A stretch of DNA of 64,000 nt, from NCBI GenBank assembly GCA_965279035.1, contig OZ257142.1, positions 3,872,001-3,936,000 of the forward strand, written 5' to 3'. The position numbers and the translations under genes were made by a program. Each line of letters opens with the position of its first letter. The first letter of the stretch is position 1. Positions 19,155-28,760 of this stretch are shown here, one piece after another. The notes below the pieces were generated by a model. The model made no database searches. It was given only the letters and a program-made list of their open reading frames with translations, and had not been told where the DNA came from. This stretch comes from Bacteroidia bacterium (GTDB taxonomy: Bacteria > Bacteroidota > Bacteroidia > M30B66).

Positions 19155-21257
19155 GTGCCTGTATTCGACACTCCGCTTTCGACCTTAAGCTCGCTTCCTA
19201 CTAAGAAGCTAGTCCTTCTCAAAAAGGACTGTGGCATGGAGACCTTCGGCGATTTGCTGAACTGGTTTCCATTCCGCTATGTAGATCGCACGCGCTTTTA
19301 CACCATCAAAGAAATCACGGAAGATCTACCGCTCGTTCAATTGATTGGAAGATTAGAAAACATCCGTCTCATTGGCGCTGGTAAAGGAAAACAACGCATG
19401 TGTGCCATCTTGCGCGATAAAACTGGAACGCTCGAACTCGTGTGGTTTCAAGGGATCAAATTCGTTCAAGATAAATTGCGTTCCGGGATTGATGTCATTG
19501 TCTTTGGAAAACCAACACTGTTCAATAACTCCTGGAACATTGCACACCCGGAAATAGAAGTATACAGCCCCGAAAAAGCAGCACGCGCACCTAGACTTCA
19601 GCCAGTTTACAACAGCTCCGAAGCCATGAAACGGGCTTGGCTCGACAGTCGCGGACAAGCACAATTGATTCAACAGGTTTTACAACGTATAGGCAATCAA
19701 ATTGAGGAAACACTTCCTGAATACATCATTCAAAAGCATCAATTAATCTCTCTTCAACAAGCTTATCGCTTCATTCATCAACCTGTGAATGCCGAAGAAT
19801 TGCACGTTGCTGAAATGCGGTTGAAGTTCGATGAATTGTTTTTCTTACAACTTCGACTTCTTCGTCAAAACCGCATCAACAAACAATTACTCAAAGGATT
19901 TGCATTCGAAACGATTGGAGATGTTTTCAATAATTTCTATCACAATCACCTTCCCTTTCAATTGACAAATGCTCAAAAACGAGTCTTGAAAGAAATCCGT
20001 TCGGATGTGGCAAAACCCATCCAAATGAACCGTTTGGTGCAAGGTGATGTAGGAAGCGGAAAAACCATCGTGGCATTTATGAGTATGCTCATGGCGATCG
20101 ACAATGGATTTCAGGCTTGTTTGATGGCTCCTACCGAAATTCTAGCTCAACAACATTTTTCGGGATTAAGCGAACTCGCCGAAAAAATCGGAGTGAAAAT
20201 CCGCTTGCTCACTGGTTCAACTAAAAAGAAAGACCGCAACATTCTGCACTCCGAACTCGAAAGTGGAGAATTAAATATCATTGTCGGAACACACGCCCTA
20301 CTTGAAGATAAAGTCATTTTCAAAAACCTAGGATTTGTCGTTATCGACGAACAACATCGTTTTGGTGTAGCACAACGCGCTCGCTTGTGGGCTAAAAATG
20401 TGTTGCCTCCTCATGTGTTAGTGATGACTGCTACGCCCATTCCGCGAACGTTAGCGATGACTTTATACGGTGATCTTGATATTTCCGTCATCGATGAATT
20501 ACCGCCCGGCAGAAAGCCTATTTCGACCAAACATCAATACGATAAAGACCGACCAGCTGTATATAATTTCATCAAGCAAGAAATAGAACTAGGTCGACAG
20601 ATTTACGTGGTTTATCCACTGATCGAAGAAAGCGAGCAGCTCGATTATAAGAATTTGATGGATGGTTACGATCATCTTAATGCTTGGTTTCCGAGTCCTC
20701 AGTATCAATTGAGCATCGTGCATGGACGATTAAAGTCAGCCGATAAAGACTTTGAAATGCAGCGTTTCATCAAGAAGCAAACGCAAATCATGGTGGCCAC
20801 TACAGTGATCGAAGTGGGCGTTAATGTCCCAAATGCATCGGTGATGATTATCGAAAGTGCTGAGCGTTTTGGATTGTCGCAATTGCACCAGTTACGCGGG
20901 CGTGTTGGCCGTGGAGCTGATCAGTCGTATTGCATTTTGATGACGGGTTTCAAACTCAGTCGCGAAGCCAAAGTGCGCCTCGAAACCATGGTGCGCACCA
21001 ACGACGGTTTTGAAATAGCTGAAGTAGATTTAGAACTACGCGGTCCCGGCGATTTACAAGGCACACAGCAAAGTGGCGATCTGGATTTACACATTGCCGA
21101 TATCAGTAGAGACAATCAGTTATTGGTGTATTGTCGCCAATTAGCTACCCAAATTTTAGATGCTGATCCAGAATTTGAGAAAGATGAAAATCAACTTTTA
21201 AAGCATCAATTACAGGTGATGGAAAAACGCAAATTGGATTGGGGCAGGATTTCATGA
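19155..21257 (+). CDS. recG: ATP-dependent DNA helicase RecG
   Basis: QGDVGSGKT, DEQHRFG, MTATPIPRTL, QLHQLRGRVGRG and DLELRGPG. Confidence 0.97.
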   Translation: MPVFDTPLSTLSSLPTKKLVLLKKDCGMETFGDLLNWFPFRYVDRTRFYTIKEITEDLPLVQLIGRLENIRLIGAGKGKQRMCAILRDKTGTLELVWFQGIKFVQDKLRSGIDVIVFGKPTLFNNSWNIAHPEIEVYSPEKAARAPRLQPVYNSSEAMKRAWLDSRGQAQLIQQVLQRIGNQIEETLPEYIIQKHQLISLQQAYRFIHQPVNAEELHVAEMRLKFDELFFLQLRLLRQNRINKQLLKGFAFETIGDVFNNFYHNHLPFQLTNAQKRVLKEIRSDVAKPIQMNRLVQGDVGSGKTIVAFMSMLMAIDNGFQACLMAPTEILAQQHFSGLSELAEKIGVKIRLLTGSTKKKDRNILHSELESGELNIIVGTHALLEDKVIFKNLGFVVIDEQHRFGVAQRARLWAKNVLPPHVLVMTATPIPRTLAMTLYGDLDISVIDELPPGRKPISTKHQYDKDRPAVYNFIKQEIELGRQIYVVYPLIEESEQLDYKNLMDGYDHLNAWFPSPQYQLSIVHGRLKSADKDFEMQRFIKKQTQIMVATTVIEVGVNVPNASVMIIESAERFGLSQLHQLRGRVGRGADQSYCILMTGFKLSREAKVRLETMVRTNDGFEIAEVDLELRGPGDLQGTQQSGDLDLHIADISRDNQLLVYCRQLATQILDADPEFEKDENQLLKHQLQVMEKRKLDWGRIS

Positions 21258-21341
21258 AATGTTGATTGATTTTCGACATCCAATAATTAAAGATGTCGGA
21301 ATCTATAGATATACGTTGCTACAAATTTATAATATCTGCAA

Positions 21342-21621
21342 CCTCGGACTGAAGTCCGAGGCTACTAGTATCCGATTCTAAAATTCAAGCTTTAATTGAC
21401 CATAATGCTTCAAATTACTATCAGCAACCTCGGACTTCAGTCCAAGGCTACTAGTATCCGATTCTAAAATTCAAGCTTTAATTGACCATAATGCTTCAAA
21501 TTACTATCTGCAACCTCGGACTTCAGTCCGAGGCTACTAGAACCAAAATCTCAAATTCTAGTACTCATTGACCTCGACTTCTGCAAACTACCAATTTGCA
21601 TCCTCGGACTTCTGTCCGAGG
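21342..21621 (-). repeat. Tandem array of four GTAG-type REP palindromes (BIME-like)
   Basis: CCTCGGACT-NN-AGTCCGAGG(CTAC) at 21342, 21428, 21514 and 21602 (periods 86/86/88); first two linkers nearly identical. Confidence 0.88.
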
Positions 21622-21657
21622 CTCCAAGCCTCAATATCAAATGAAAGATTATATAAA

Positions 21658-22678
21658 ACCCGTTGTGCGGTTGAATATGTAGATAATTAATTTAAAATAA
21701 GGTTGTGCATTAAACTGATATACAGTATATTAGAAGAGTTCTCACACAAATCTAATATGCACAACCTCATAGCGAATATAACCAAGTTTCGTCAATTGCT
21801 AATCGAAGTATATGGCGCTGATAATCTGACAAATGGAAATTTTCGTCGATACTCGAACCAGCCTAAAGCTTCAGATATTGAGATAGTTGCATTGGCTTTT
21901 ACAGCAGAAGCAATGCAAATAGATTCTGAAAACATGCTATTCTCAATTCTAAGAAATTCATATCCACAGTATTGCAAAACACTTCCAGACAGAACTAATT
22001 TCAATCGACGCAGAAGATTCTTGCAGCCTTTTATTGATCAGCTCTCTGAAAAACTAAGTAATGAACTTTCTGAAGGAGAAGAAACTTTTATCATAGATTC
22101 AATGCCTCTTCCAATTTGTCGTTTTGTTCGTTGTAGTAATCTTAAAATTATGAAAGATGATCTTGATTTTTTGCCTGCAAAAGGATTTTCTGCAATTGAT
22201 AAAACGCATTATTTTGGTTATAAACTCAATATGGTTGTTAGCTCAAATTCAGTAATCAATAATTTCGCTATAACGCAAGCAAATGTGCATGATGTAAAGA
22301 CTTTAGATGATATGACAAAAGGGTTTTTAGAGAATGTAAATTTGCTTGGGGACAAAGGTTATATTGGGAAAAACATCCAATTAAGTTTATTCAAAGAATA
22401 CTCAGTAAAATTGATTACACCATTGCGTGGAAATCAAGTTGGACCAACTCAATGGAATCCACTATATCGCAAAACAAGAAAAAGAATCGAAACAACCTTT
22501 TCTCAATTCTGTGATCAGTTCTCAATTAAAAAGAATTTTGCTAAAAGCTTTTATGGATTCTTTGCACGAATCACTAGTAAAATAGGGGCATTCACTTGTC
22601 TACAATACTTGAATATGATCAATCAAAGACCTCTAAACCAGGTCAAACATACTTTGACTTTTTAACCGCACAACGGGT
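21658..22678 (+). mobile_element. IS982-family insertion sequence, copy 2
   Basis: Same IRs, 1021 bp, 8-bp target duplication TATATAAA (21650-21657 and 22679-22686). Confidence 0.96.
21757..22665 (+). CDS. IS982-family DDE transposase
   Basis: Translation identical to copy 1. Confidence 0.93.
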   Translation: MHNLIANITKFRQLLIEVYGADNLTNGNFRRYSNQPKASDIEIVALAFTAEAMQIDSENMLFSILRNSYPQYCKTLPDRTNFNRRRRFLQPFIDQLSEKLSNELSEGEETFIIDSMPLPICRFVRCSNLKIMKDDLDFLPAKGFSAIDKTHYFGYKLNMVVSSNSVINNFAITQANVHDVKTLDDMTKGFLENVNLLGDKGYIGKNIQLSLFKEYSVKLITPLRGNQVGPTQWNPLYRKTRKRIETTFSQFCDQFSIKKNFAKSFYGFFARITSKIGAFTCLQYLNMINQRPLNQVKHTLTF

Positions 22679-22852
22679 TATATAAAGTATCTATTGCAAT
22701 TTGAATCCCTAATTTTATATTTGAATTAAAGATTAATCAATTTCAGAATTTCTAATCATTTGAAGAAATCAGATTGATTTTTATTTTACTCATAAAATTA
22801 AGCTACTTGTCTCTATTAAAATTGACTGATAGTAATTCCATGAATATATTTT

Positions 22853-25800
22853 ATGAATAAATTAAAGATTATACTTAAAATCTGTTTCTATTTAATTCTC
22901 TGTATACAGCCGGGAATTATTTACAGTCAAAGTCCCATTCGATTTTCGCATTATTCCGATGCAAATGGGCTATCACATTATCAAGCATGGTCAATATTTC
23001 AAGATAGCAAAGGTGTGTATTGGATTGGTACTACTGATGGTTTAAATCGTTTTGATGGAGGAATGTTTACCCAATACTTTCAAACAAAAAACACAGCAGG
23101 AAGTATTTGTGGAAATGTAATAACAAATAGTACTGAAACAAAGTCAAAACAAATTCTAATAGGAACTTCTACAGGTATATCGATATATAATTCAAACGAG
23201 AATTCATTCACTACCGTTTTTACACCACCCGATGAAAACTCAAATGACAATTTAATAAATTATGTGGTAGTTGATCGATATGGATTTATTTGGGTTTCTT
23301 TTAGATATCAGATTTATGTCCTAAATCAAAATTATCAAATAATAAAAAAAATAGATACTGGTTTTGTTGCCGGAAATGAAATTTATCGCTTACAAGCAGA
23401 TTCATTAGGAAATGTGTGGTTTAATATTTCAGGGTATTTACATAAAATAAGTAGCCAAAATAATTTTTTAATAGAAAGTAAAATCAATTCAAGAAATGAA
23501 ATCTATCAAAAAACAATTTCCGATTTCTCAATTGGAGTAGATAATAAATTCTATGTTTCAGAAATTGAAAGTAAATCAGTAAGATGCTATAATGATGAAA
23601 CTAAATTAATATTCTCACTAACAATTCCGCCAAACAATGACTTGAGTTTGTCGAGAATATTTGCATGTAAATCAGGAAAAATATGGGTAACTACTAAAGA
23701 ACATGGGATTTATAGAATTTCAAATAGGCAATGGGATTTCAAAGGATTAATCCACGATTCAGAAAATCCATCCAGTATTTGCAGCAATGATGTGAAACAA
23801 ATTTTCGAAGATTCATATGGAAATACATGGTTCGGGACAGATGGAGGACTCGATGTAATCTATAAAGAATTAATAGAAATCCATTCCTATTTTGAATTTC
23901 CAATTCAAGAAAACAAAAAAAGAATATTATTGAATCTCACTGGATTTCAAAGCGACTCTTCCAATATTTGGATTAGTACTTGGGGGAATGGATTATGTAC
24001 TATAACAAGGAAAAATCAACAATATAGTTTCTCTTCTCCATCAAATGATGACAAAGATCTCTTTATGAATGACATTTGTTTATTGAATCATGAGCTTTGG
24101 ATAGGGAATTATCATGGTTGTTATCGATATAATATAGAAAGCCAAAAATTTAGATTATTGAAAATAAATCATGGTGAAGAAATAACAAATCAACAAGCTG
24201 TTTTTACCATTTATAAAGATTCTAATTCCAATTTTTGGCTTTCCCACACTGGAAATAATGGAATTTCATTTGTAAACAGTACTTCAGAAATAGCTAATAA
24301 TTACATTCAAACAGATACTGGACTTTCTTATTTTCCATTTAGAAATTATTCAGCATTAGTAAATTTTGATGATAGCTTACTTTTATTTGGTTACACCCGT
24401 AGCCGAGGTTTGGCTAGATTTAATACCAATAAAAAAAGGTTTGAGAAACTTACTTCAACTGATCTTGAATTCTTTAATGAACAAGTAAATTGTTTACTTA
24501 AAGATGATCAATTTCTTTGGATTGGAAATAATACTGGAATAACACGAATAAATCTGATCAATGGAACTAGAATACAATTGACCCGAGCAGATGGCTTAAC
24601 TGGAAATTATATTAATACACTTTTTAAAGATCCCAAAGGATTTATTTGGGTAGGATCCAAAAGAGGCTTATCAAGAATAGATCCTAAATCATTGGGAATA
24701 ATTAATTTTAATTTAAATGGAATTAGTGCTGATTATAATATTAATTCAATTTCATTTAATAAAGAGCTCAATATAATGGAATGTTTAAGCGACAATTCTT
24801 ATTTCAGCTTTCGACTTCCTGAAGAGAAAAACTTAATTCTCACTCACAAACCATCTGTTTTTTCTTGGAGTATTGCAGGAGAATCACTTAAATTAAATAG
24901 AGATAAATCCATTCAATTTTCAGAAAAAGAAAGAGTATTTGTAATTTCATTTTATTGTCCTGTTAATCCAGCATTAGGCAAACTTCACTATTCATATATG
25001 CTGAAGGGTTTTGATAAAGACTGGGTAAATGCTGGAGAAAGACAACAAGCTATTTATTCAACACTTCCTTCTGGTAAATACTCCATGGTAATTCGTGCTT
25101 CATTGGATGGGATTAATTGGGTTGAATCTGATCAAGCAATAAATGTAATTGTAGATCCACTATTTTATAAAAGTAGATGGTTTATAACACTAAGTATTAT
25201 TCTACCAATGTTCATCCTTTTGATGATTCTTCATCTTCGAAATAAAGCACGAATAAAGAACTTAATGTATATCCAAGAAATGAGAAATAGAATTGCTGCC
25301 GATTTACACGACGATATTGCTTCAACATTGAGTAGTATTTCAATGATGAGTGAATTCGCGAGTAAAAAGGTGAATAGCGATTTGTTGAGCGTTCAAGGTT
25401 TATTAAATAAAATAGGGAAACATAGTCGCCAACTTATATATGAAATGAGCGATATAGTATGGAGCGTAAACCCAGATCACGATAATATAGATAGCTTAAT
25501 TGCTCGAATGAACGATTTTGCAGCAACTATTTTACAAGATAAAGGAATTGAATTCCAATTGAATAAATCTATTGATAAAGATATTATTCTGTTTAATCCA
25601 AATGTGCGCAAAAATATTTTCCTTATTTTTAAAGAAGCAATACACAACGCTGTAAAACATGCCGATTGTAATGACGTAAAAATACAATTAGCGGTTGAAG
25701 AAAATACAATCAAAATGAAAATAGAAGATAATGGAAAAGGCTTCGATAAAGAAATTCAAAACATTGGGAATGGATTGAAAAACATGAAAAAAAGAGCTGA

Positions 25801-25888
25801 ACAGATTCATGCAGAACTTTCTATTGATTCTATTCTTGGAAAAGGATCCATTATTCAATTAGTCATTAAACTTTCGGCAATAAAATAA
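22853..25888 (+). CDS. Beta-propeller/Y_Y_Y sensor histidine kinase (HisKA_3 type)
   Basis: Reg_prop repeats (QDSKG..WIGT..GL), YSYMLKGFD.DW, TM helix, RIAADLHDDI, EAIHNAVKHA, DNGKGF, GNGL. Confidence 0.92.
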   Translation: MNKLKIILKICFYLILCIQPGIIYSQSPIRFSHYSDANGLSHYQAWSIFQDSKGVYWIGTTDGLNRFDGGMFTQYFQTKNTAGSICGNVITNSTETKSKQILIGTSTGISIYNSNENSFTTVFTPPDENSNDNLINYVVVDRYGFIWVSFRYQIYVLNQNYQIIKKIDTGFVAGNEIYRLQADSLGNVWFNISGYLHKISSQNNFLIESKINSRNEIYQKTISDFSIGVDNKFYVSEIESKSVRCYNDETKLIFSLTIPPNNDLSLSRIFACKSGKIWVTTKEHGIYRISNRQWDFKGLIHDSENPSSICSNDVKQIFEDSYGNTWFGTDGGLDVIYKELIEIHSYFEFPIQENKKRILLNLTGFQSDSSNIWISTWGNGLCTITRKNQQYSFSSPSNDDKDLFMNDICLLNHELWIGNYHGCYRYNIESQKFRLLKINHGEEITNQQAVFTIYKDSNSNFWLSHTGNNGISFVNSTSEIANNYIQTDTGLSYFPFRNYSALVNFDDSLLLFGYTRSRGLARFNTNKKRFEKLTSTDLEFFNEQVNCLLKDDQFLWIGNNTGITRINLINGTRIQLTRADGLTGNYINTLFKDPKGFIWVGSKRGLSRIDPKSLGIINFNLNGISADYNINSISFNKELNIMECLSDNSYFSFRLPEEKNLILTHKPSVFSWSIAGESLKLNRDKSIQFSEKERVFVISFYCPVNPALGKLHYSYMLKGFDKDWVNAGERQQAIYSTLPSGKYSMVIRASLDGINWVESDQAINVIVDPLFYKSRWFITLSIILPMFILLMILHLRNKARIKNLMYIQEMRNRIAADLHDDIASTLSSISMMSEFASKKVNSDLLSVQGLLNKIGKHSRQLIYEMSDIVWSVNPDHDNIDSLIARMNDFAATILQDKGIEFQLNKSIDKDIILFNPNVRKNIFLIFKEAIHNAVKHADCNDVKIQLAVEENTIKMKIEDNGKGFDKEIQNIGNGLKNMKKRAEQIHAELSIDSILGKGSIIQLVIKLSAIK

Positions 25889-25925
25889 ATACTGCTTTTT
25901 TAAAAATTGTCTTGATAAATAAGTA

Positions 25926-26573
25926 ATGTCAAACTCCACTCTAAAAATAGTTTTATTCGAAGATAATGATGCACTTCGTGATATACTTAGTCAATTAATT
26001 AATGATTCACCAGGACTTCAATGTGTAGGTGATTTTCCAGATTCAAAAAATATTATTCAACGACTTAAAGATACAAATGCAGAATTTGTCATTATGGATA
26101 TTGATCTTCCTTATAAAAATGGTATTGAGTCTACTCAAATCATCAAGGATGCATTTCCAAACATTCCTGTATTAATACTCACCGTTTTTGAAGATGATAC
26201 TAAAATTTACAATGCAATTTGTGCAGGTGCAAATGGATATTTATTAAAAAATTCCAAACCCGAAAAAATTATCGAATCCATATTCGAAATAAAGCAAGGC
26301 GGAGCTCCTATGAGCCCCATGGTTGCGAGAAAAGTACTTGAAACCTATAAACAAGAAAATAATAAACCTAAAAACAAAGAATATGATTTATCAGCCCGAG
26401 AAAGTGAAATACTTGAATTACTAACTCAGGGACTTAGCTATAAGATGATTGCTGAAAAATGCTTTATTTCAATAGATACTGTAAAGTTTCACTCCAAAAA
26501 CATTTATGAAAAATTACACGTTCATTCTAAATCTGAAGCAATTATTCTAGCTATTAATAAACGAATAGTTTAA
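25926..26573 (+). CDS. NarL/LuxR-family response regulator
   Basis: Receiver domain (ED, MDI, GANGYLLK) plus LuxR HTH (LSARE.EIL...TVKFH..NIYEKL). Confidence 0.95.
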   Translation: MSNSTLKIVLFEDNDALRDILSQLINDSPGLQCVGDFPDSKNIIQRLKDTNAEFVIMDIDLPYKNGIESTQIIKDAFPNIPVLILTVFEDDTKIYNAICAGANGYLLKNSKPEKIIESIFEIKQGGAPMSPMVARKVLETYKQENNKPKNKEYDLSARESEILELLTQGLSYKMIAEKCFISIDTVKFHSKNIYEKLHVHSKSEAIILAINKRIV

Positions 26574-26605
26574 ATGATTTAGTCAACTGTTTATATTAAA
26601 ATGTA

Positions 26606-27572
26606 TTGAATTAGTAGTTTAGTCAATATTGATTTCTTTAATAATTTAGGGCAATCAAAAGATACAATATGAATGCACAATTTAAAAGCCTTTCATTATT
26701 TGATTTTCAGGCTCAGTTTCCAAATCAAGAAAGTTGTTACGCATATTTGGCAAATTTGAAATGGTCAAATGGTTATTCCTGTCGACGATGTAAGAACAAA
26801 AACTTTTGTAAAGGCATTAGTCTTTACGAGCGGCAATGCACTGTTTGCAGGCATTTAGAATCGCCAACATCTGGAACACTGTTTCACAAATGTAAATTTT
26901 CAATTCTGAAGGCTTTTTATATTGTTTTCTATGTATCAACTAGCAAGAAAGGAATAAGCAGTACTGAGCTAAGTAGAAAGCTTGATTTGGGGCAGAAGAC
27001 TTGTTGGTTGTTTAAACAAAAGGTTATGAATGCAATGAAAAGCAGTAAGAAAAATCCAATGAAAGGGAAAGTTGATGTTGATGAAACATATGTTGGAGGA
27101 CAAGATGATAAATCCATTGGAAGAAATGAAGGAAAGAAAAAAGTTGTAGTTCTAGCCATTGAAAAGAAATCAAGAGGCGTATCAAGATTCTATGGGAAAG
27201 TTGTGGCGACAGCTAACAAAAAGAATTTGAGTGAATTTATGAGGGATCATATTGCTCCCAATGCGAATGTTAGAACTGATAAATGGGCTGGATATAAAGG
27301 CTTGGAGTCTGAATTTCCGAACCTAATTCAAGAAAAGTCTGAGAAGAAAGGAAGGAATTTTAAAGAACTCCATCGAACAATAATGATGTTTAAAGCTTGG
27401 CTTAGAGGTGTCCATCATTCTGTTAGACATTTACAGCCTTATATTGATGAGTATACATATCGATTTAACAGGCATAAAATGAATGAAGGAATCTTCGAAA
27501 ATCTAATGATGAGAATGGTAAAAGCAGAACCATATACTTATAAAATGATTATTGCTTAAATGACTAATTCAA
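26606..27572 (+). mobile_element. IS1595-family insertion sequence (967 bp)
   Basis: Imperfect IRs TTGAATTAGTAGTTTAGTCAATA / TTGAATTAGTCATTTAAGCAATA; 8-bp target duplication AAAATGTA (26598-26605 and 27573-27580). Confidence 0.93.
26669..27559 (+). CDS. IS1595-family transposase
   Basis: Zn ribbon CRRC...CTVC, VDVDETYVGG, RTDKWAGY and LQPYIDEYTYRFNR. Confidence 0.95.
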   Translation: MNAQFKSLSLFDFQAQFPNQESCYAYLANLKWSNGYSCRRCKNKNFCKGISLYERQCTVCRHLESPTSGTLFHKCKFSILKAFYIVFYVSTSKKGISSTELSRKLDLGQKTCWLFKQKVMNAMKSSKKNPMKGKVDVDETYVGGQDDKSIGRNEGKKKVVVLAIEKKSRGVSRFYGKVVATANKKNLSEFMRDHIAPNANVRTDKWAGYKGLESEFPNLIQEKSEKKGRNFKELHRTIMMFKAWLRGVHHSVRHLQPYIDEYTYRFNRHKMNEGIFENLMMRMVKAEPYTYKMIIA

Positions 27573-27677
27573 AAAATGTATTTAAGATTAGGTGAAATAT
27601 TAATTAAATGACTGTATCTAATTTTCGAATAAAATAAAAGAATAGCACTTAAAAATCGCTGAATCAAAATTCAAAAA

Positions 27678-27695
27678 ACTACCCTTTTGTGTAGT
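27678..27695. promoter_or_regulatory. Inverted-repeat activator site upstream of the LuxR-type gene
   Basis: ACTAC-N8-GTAGT (18 bp), 22 nt upstream of TTTATTTG. Confidence 0.45.
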
Positions 27696-27920
27696 TTAAT
27701 ATTTGGATTGTTTAAAGTTTATTTGTTCGAAATCTAATTGATTTCAAACTACTTGCCATGTTTATGTTGGAATTAAAATTTCAGCATCATCAAAATACCT
27801 TTTTAACATAAATGAATATGTATAAAGTAAGAATTTCATTTATTAAATTGAATAATATAATTGTGCTTTATAATTAAAATAAATTTTGATTCAATTTCTA
27901 TATAAATGAATTAAAGAATT

Positions 27921-28655
27921 ATGAGCCATTTAATTAATAGCGATCAATATGAATATTTAATTAAATATTTTAAGAAATGTCCCTATAATTCTAAATACAT
28001 CAATGAATTCTTAAATGAAAATAAATCGCATCTCGATTTTATGGATCAAATGGGAATTGGCTCTTATATTTTTGATTATCAAAACAGTTCCTATCATTAT
28101 GTTAGTAATTCAATATTGGAAGTATTTGAAGTTTCTAACGATCAATTCATAACCAATGGTTTGCAATCATTTCTAAATATGATTGATGAATTGGATGTAG
28201 ATCGAATTTTAAATTTATTAGATGAATCGCTAATTTTTATAAATAAATTACCTGAAAATCAACGATCTAAAGTCAATATGTGTATGTATTACCGACTTAA
28301 GAAAGATCAGGGAAAAGGGCGATGGATGATGCACAAAAACAGAATATTCAAATACAATAATTCATGGATTAATTTGGGATTTACTTATCACTTAATGAAT
28401 TCAGAAGCTCAACATCCAAATTATTGTATGATTACATATGGCGATCAATCTAAATGTATTTTTCCAATTGATCATATTAAAAACTCAAATCAAACAGGTT
28501 TAACAATGAAAGAGCAAGAAGTATTTTATTGGACAAAACGTGGATTAAGTGTTAAATTAATTGCAAAACAATTATTGATTACCGAATCGGGAGTGCGCTT
28601 TCATCGAAGAAACATATTGAAAAAACTCGGTCGGCGAAATTTTATTGGTACCTAA
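27921..28655 (+). CDS. PAS-like sensor/LuxR-HTH transcriptional regulator
   Basis: PAS-like region (YIFDY...YHYVSNS...RWM) and C-terminal LT.KE.EV...GLS.K.IA...VRFHRRNILKKL. Confidence 0.85.
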   Translation: MSHLINSDQYEYLIKYFKKCPYNSKYINEFLNENKSHLDFMDQMGIGSYIFDYQNSSYHYVSNSILEVFEVSNDQFITNGLQSFLNMIDELDVDRILNLLDESLIFINKLPENQRSKVNMCMYYRLKKDQGKGRWMMHKNRIFKYNNSWINLGFTYHLMNSEAQHPNYCMITYGDQSKCIFPIDHIKNSNQTGLTMKEQEVFYWTKRGLSVKLIAKQLLITESGVRFHRRNILKKLGRRNFIGT

Positions 28656-28665
28656 ACCATTCATT

Positions 28666-28683
28666 ACTAGCTCAAGAGCTAGT
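28666..28683. promoter_or_regulatory. Inverted-repeat site upstream of the giant T9SS gene
   Basis: ACTAGCTC-AA-GAGCTAGT (18 bp), 22 nt upstream of the TAAATTTG -7 box at 28706. Confidence 0.5.
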
Positions 28684-28760
28684 TGCAAAATTATAACGTG
28701 AAAAATAAATTTGAGGTTGATGAAAAATCATCAATCCAACCTAACCTAACCTAAATCAAC

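Noticed and set aside
21342-21621. CRISPR array (also 37274..37535)
   Set aside because: Spacers are about 66 bp and near-identical to each other, repeats have a GTAG REP foot, and no cas genes are present
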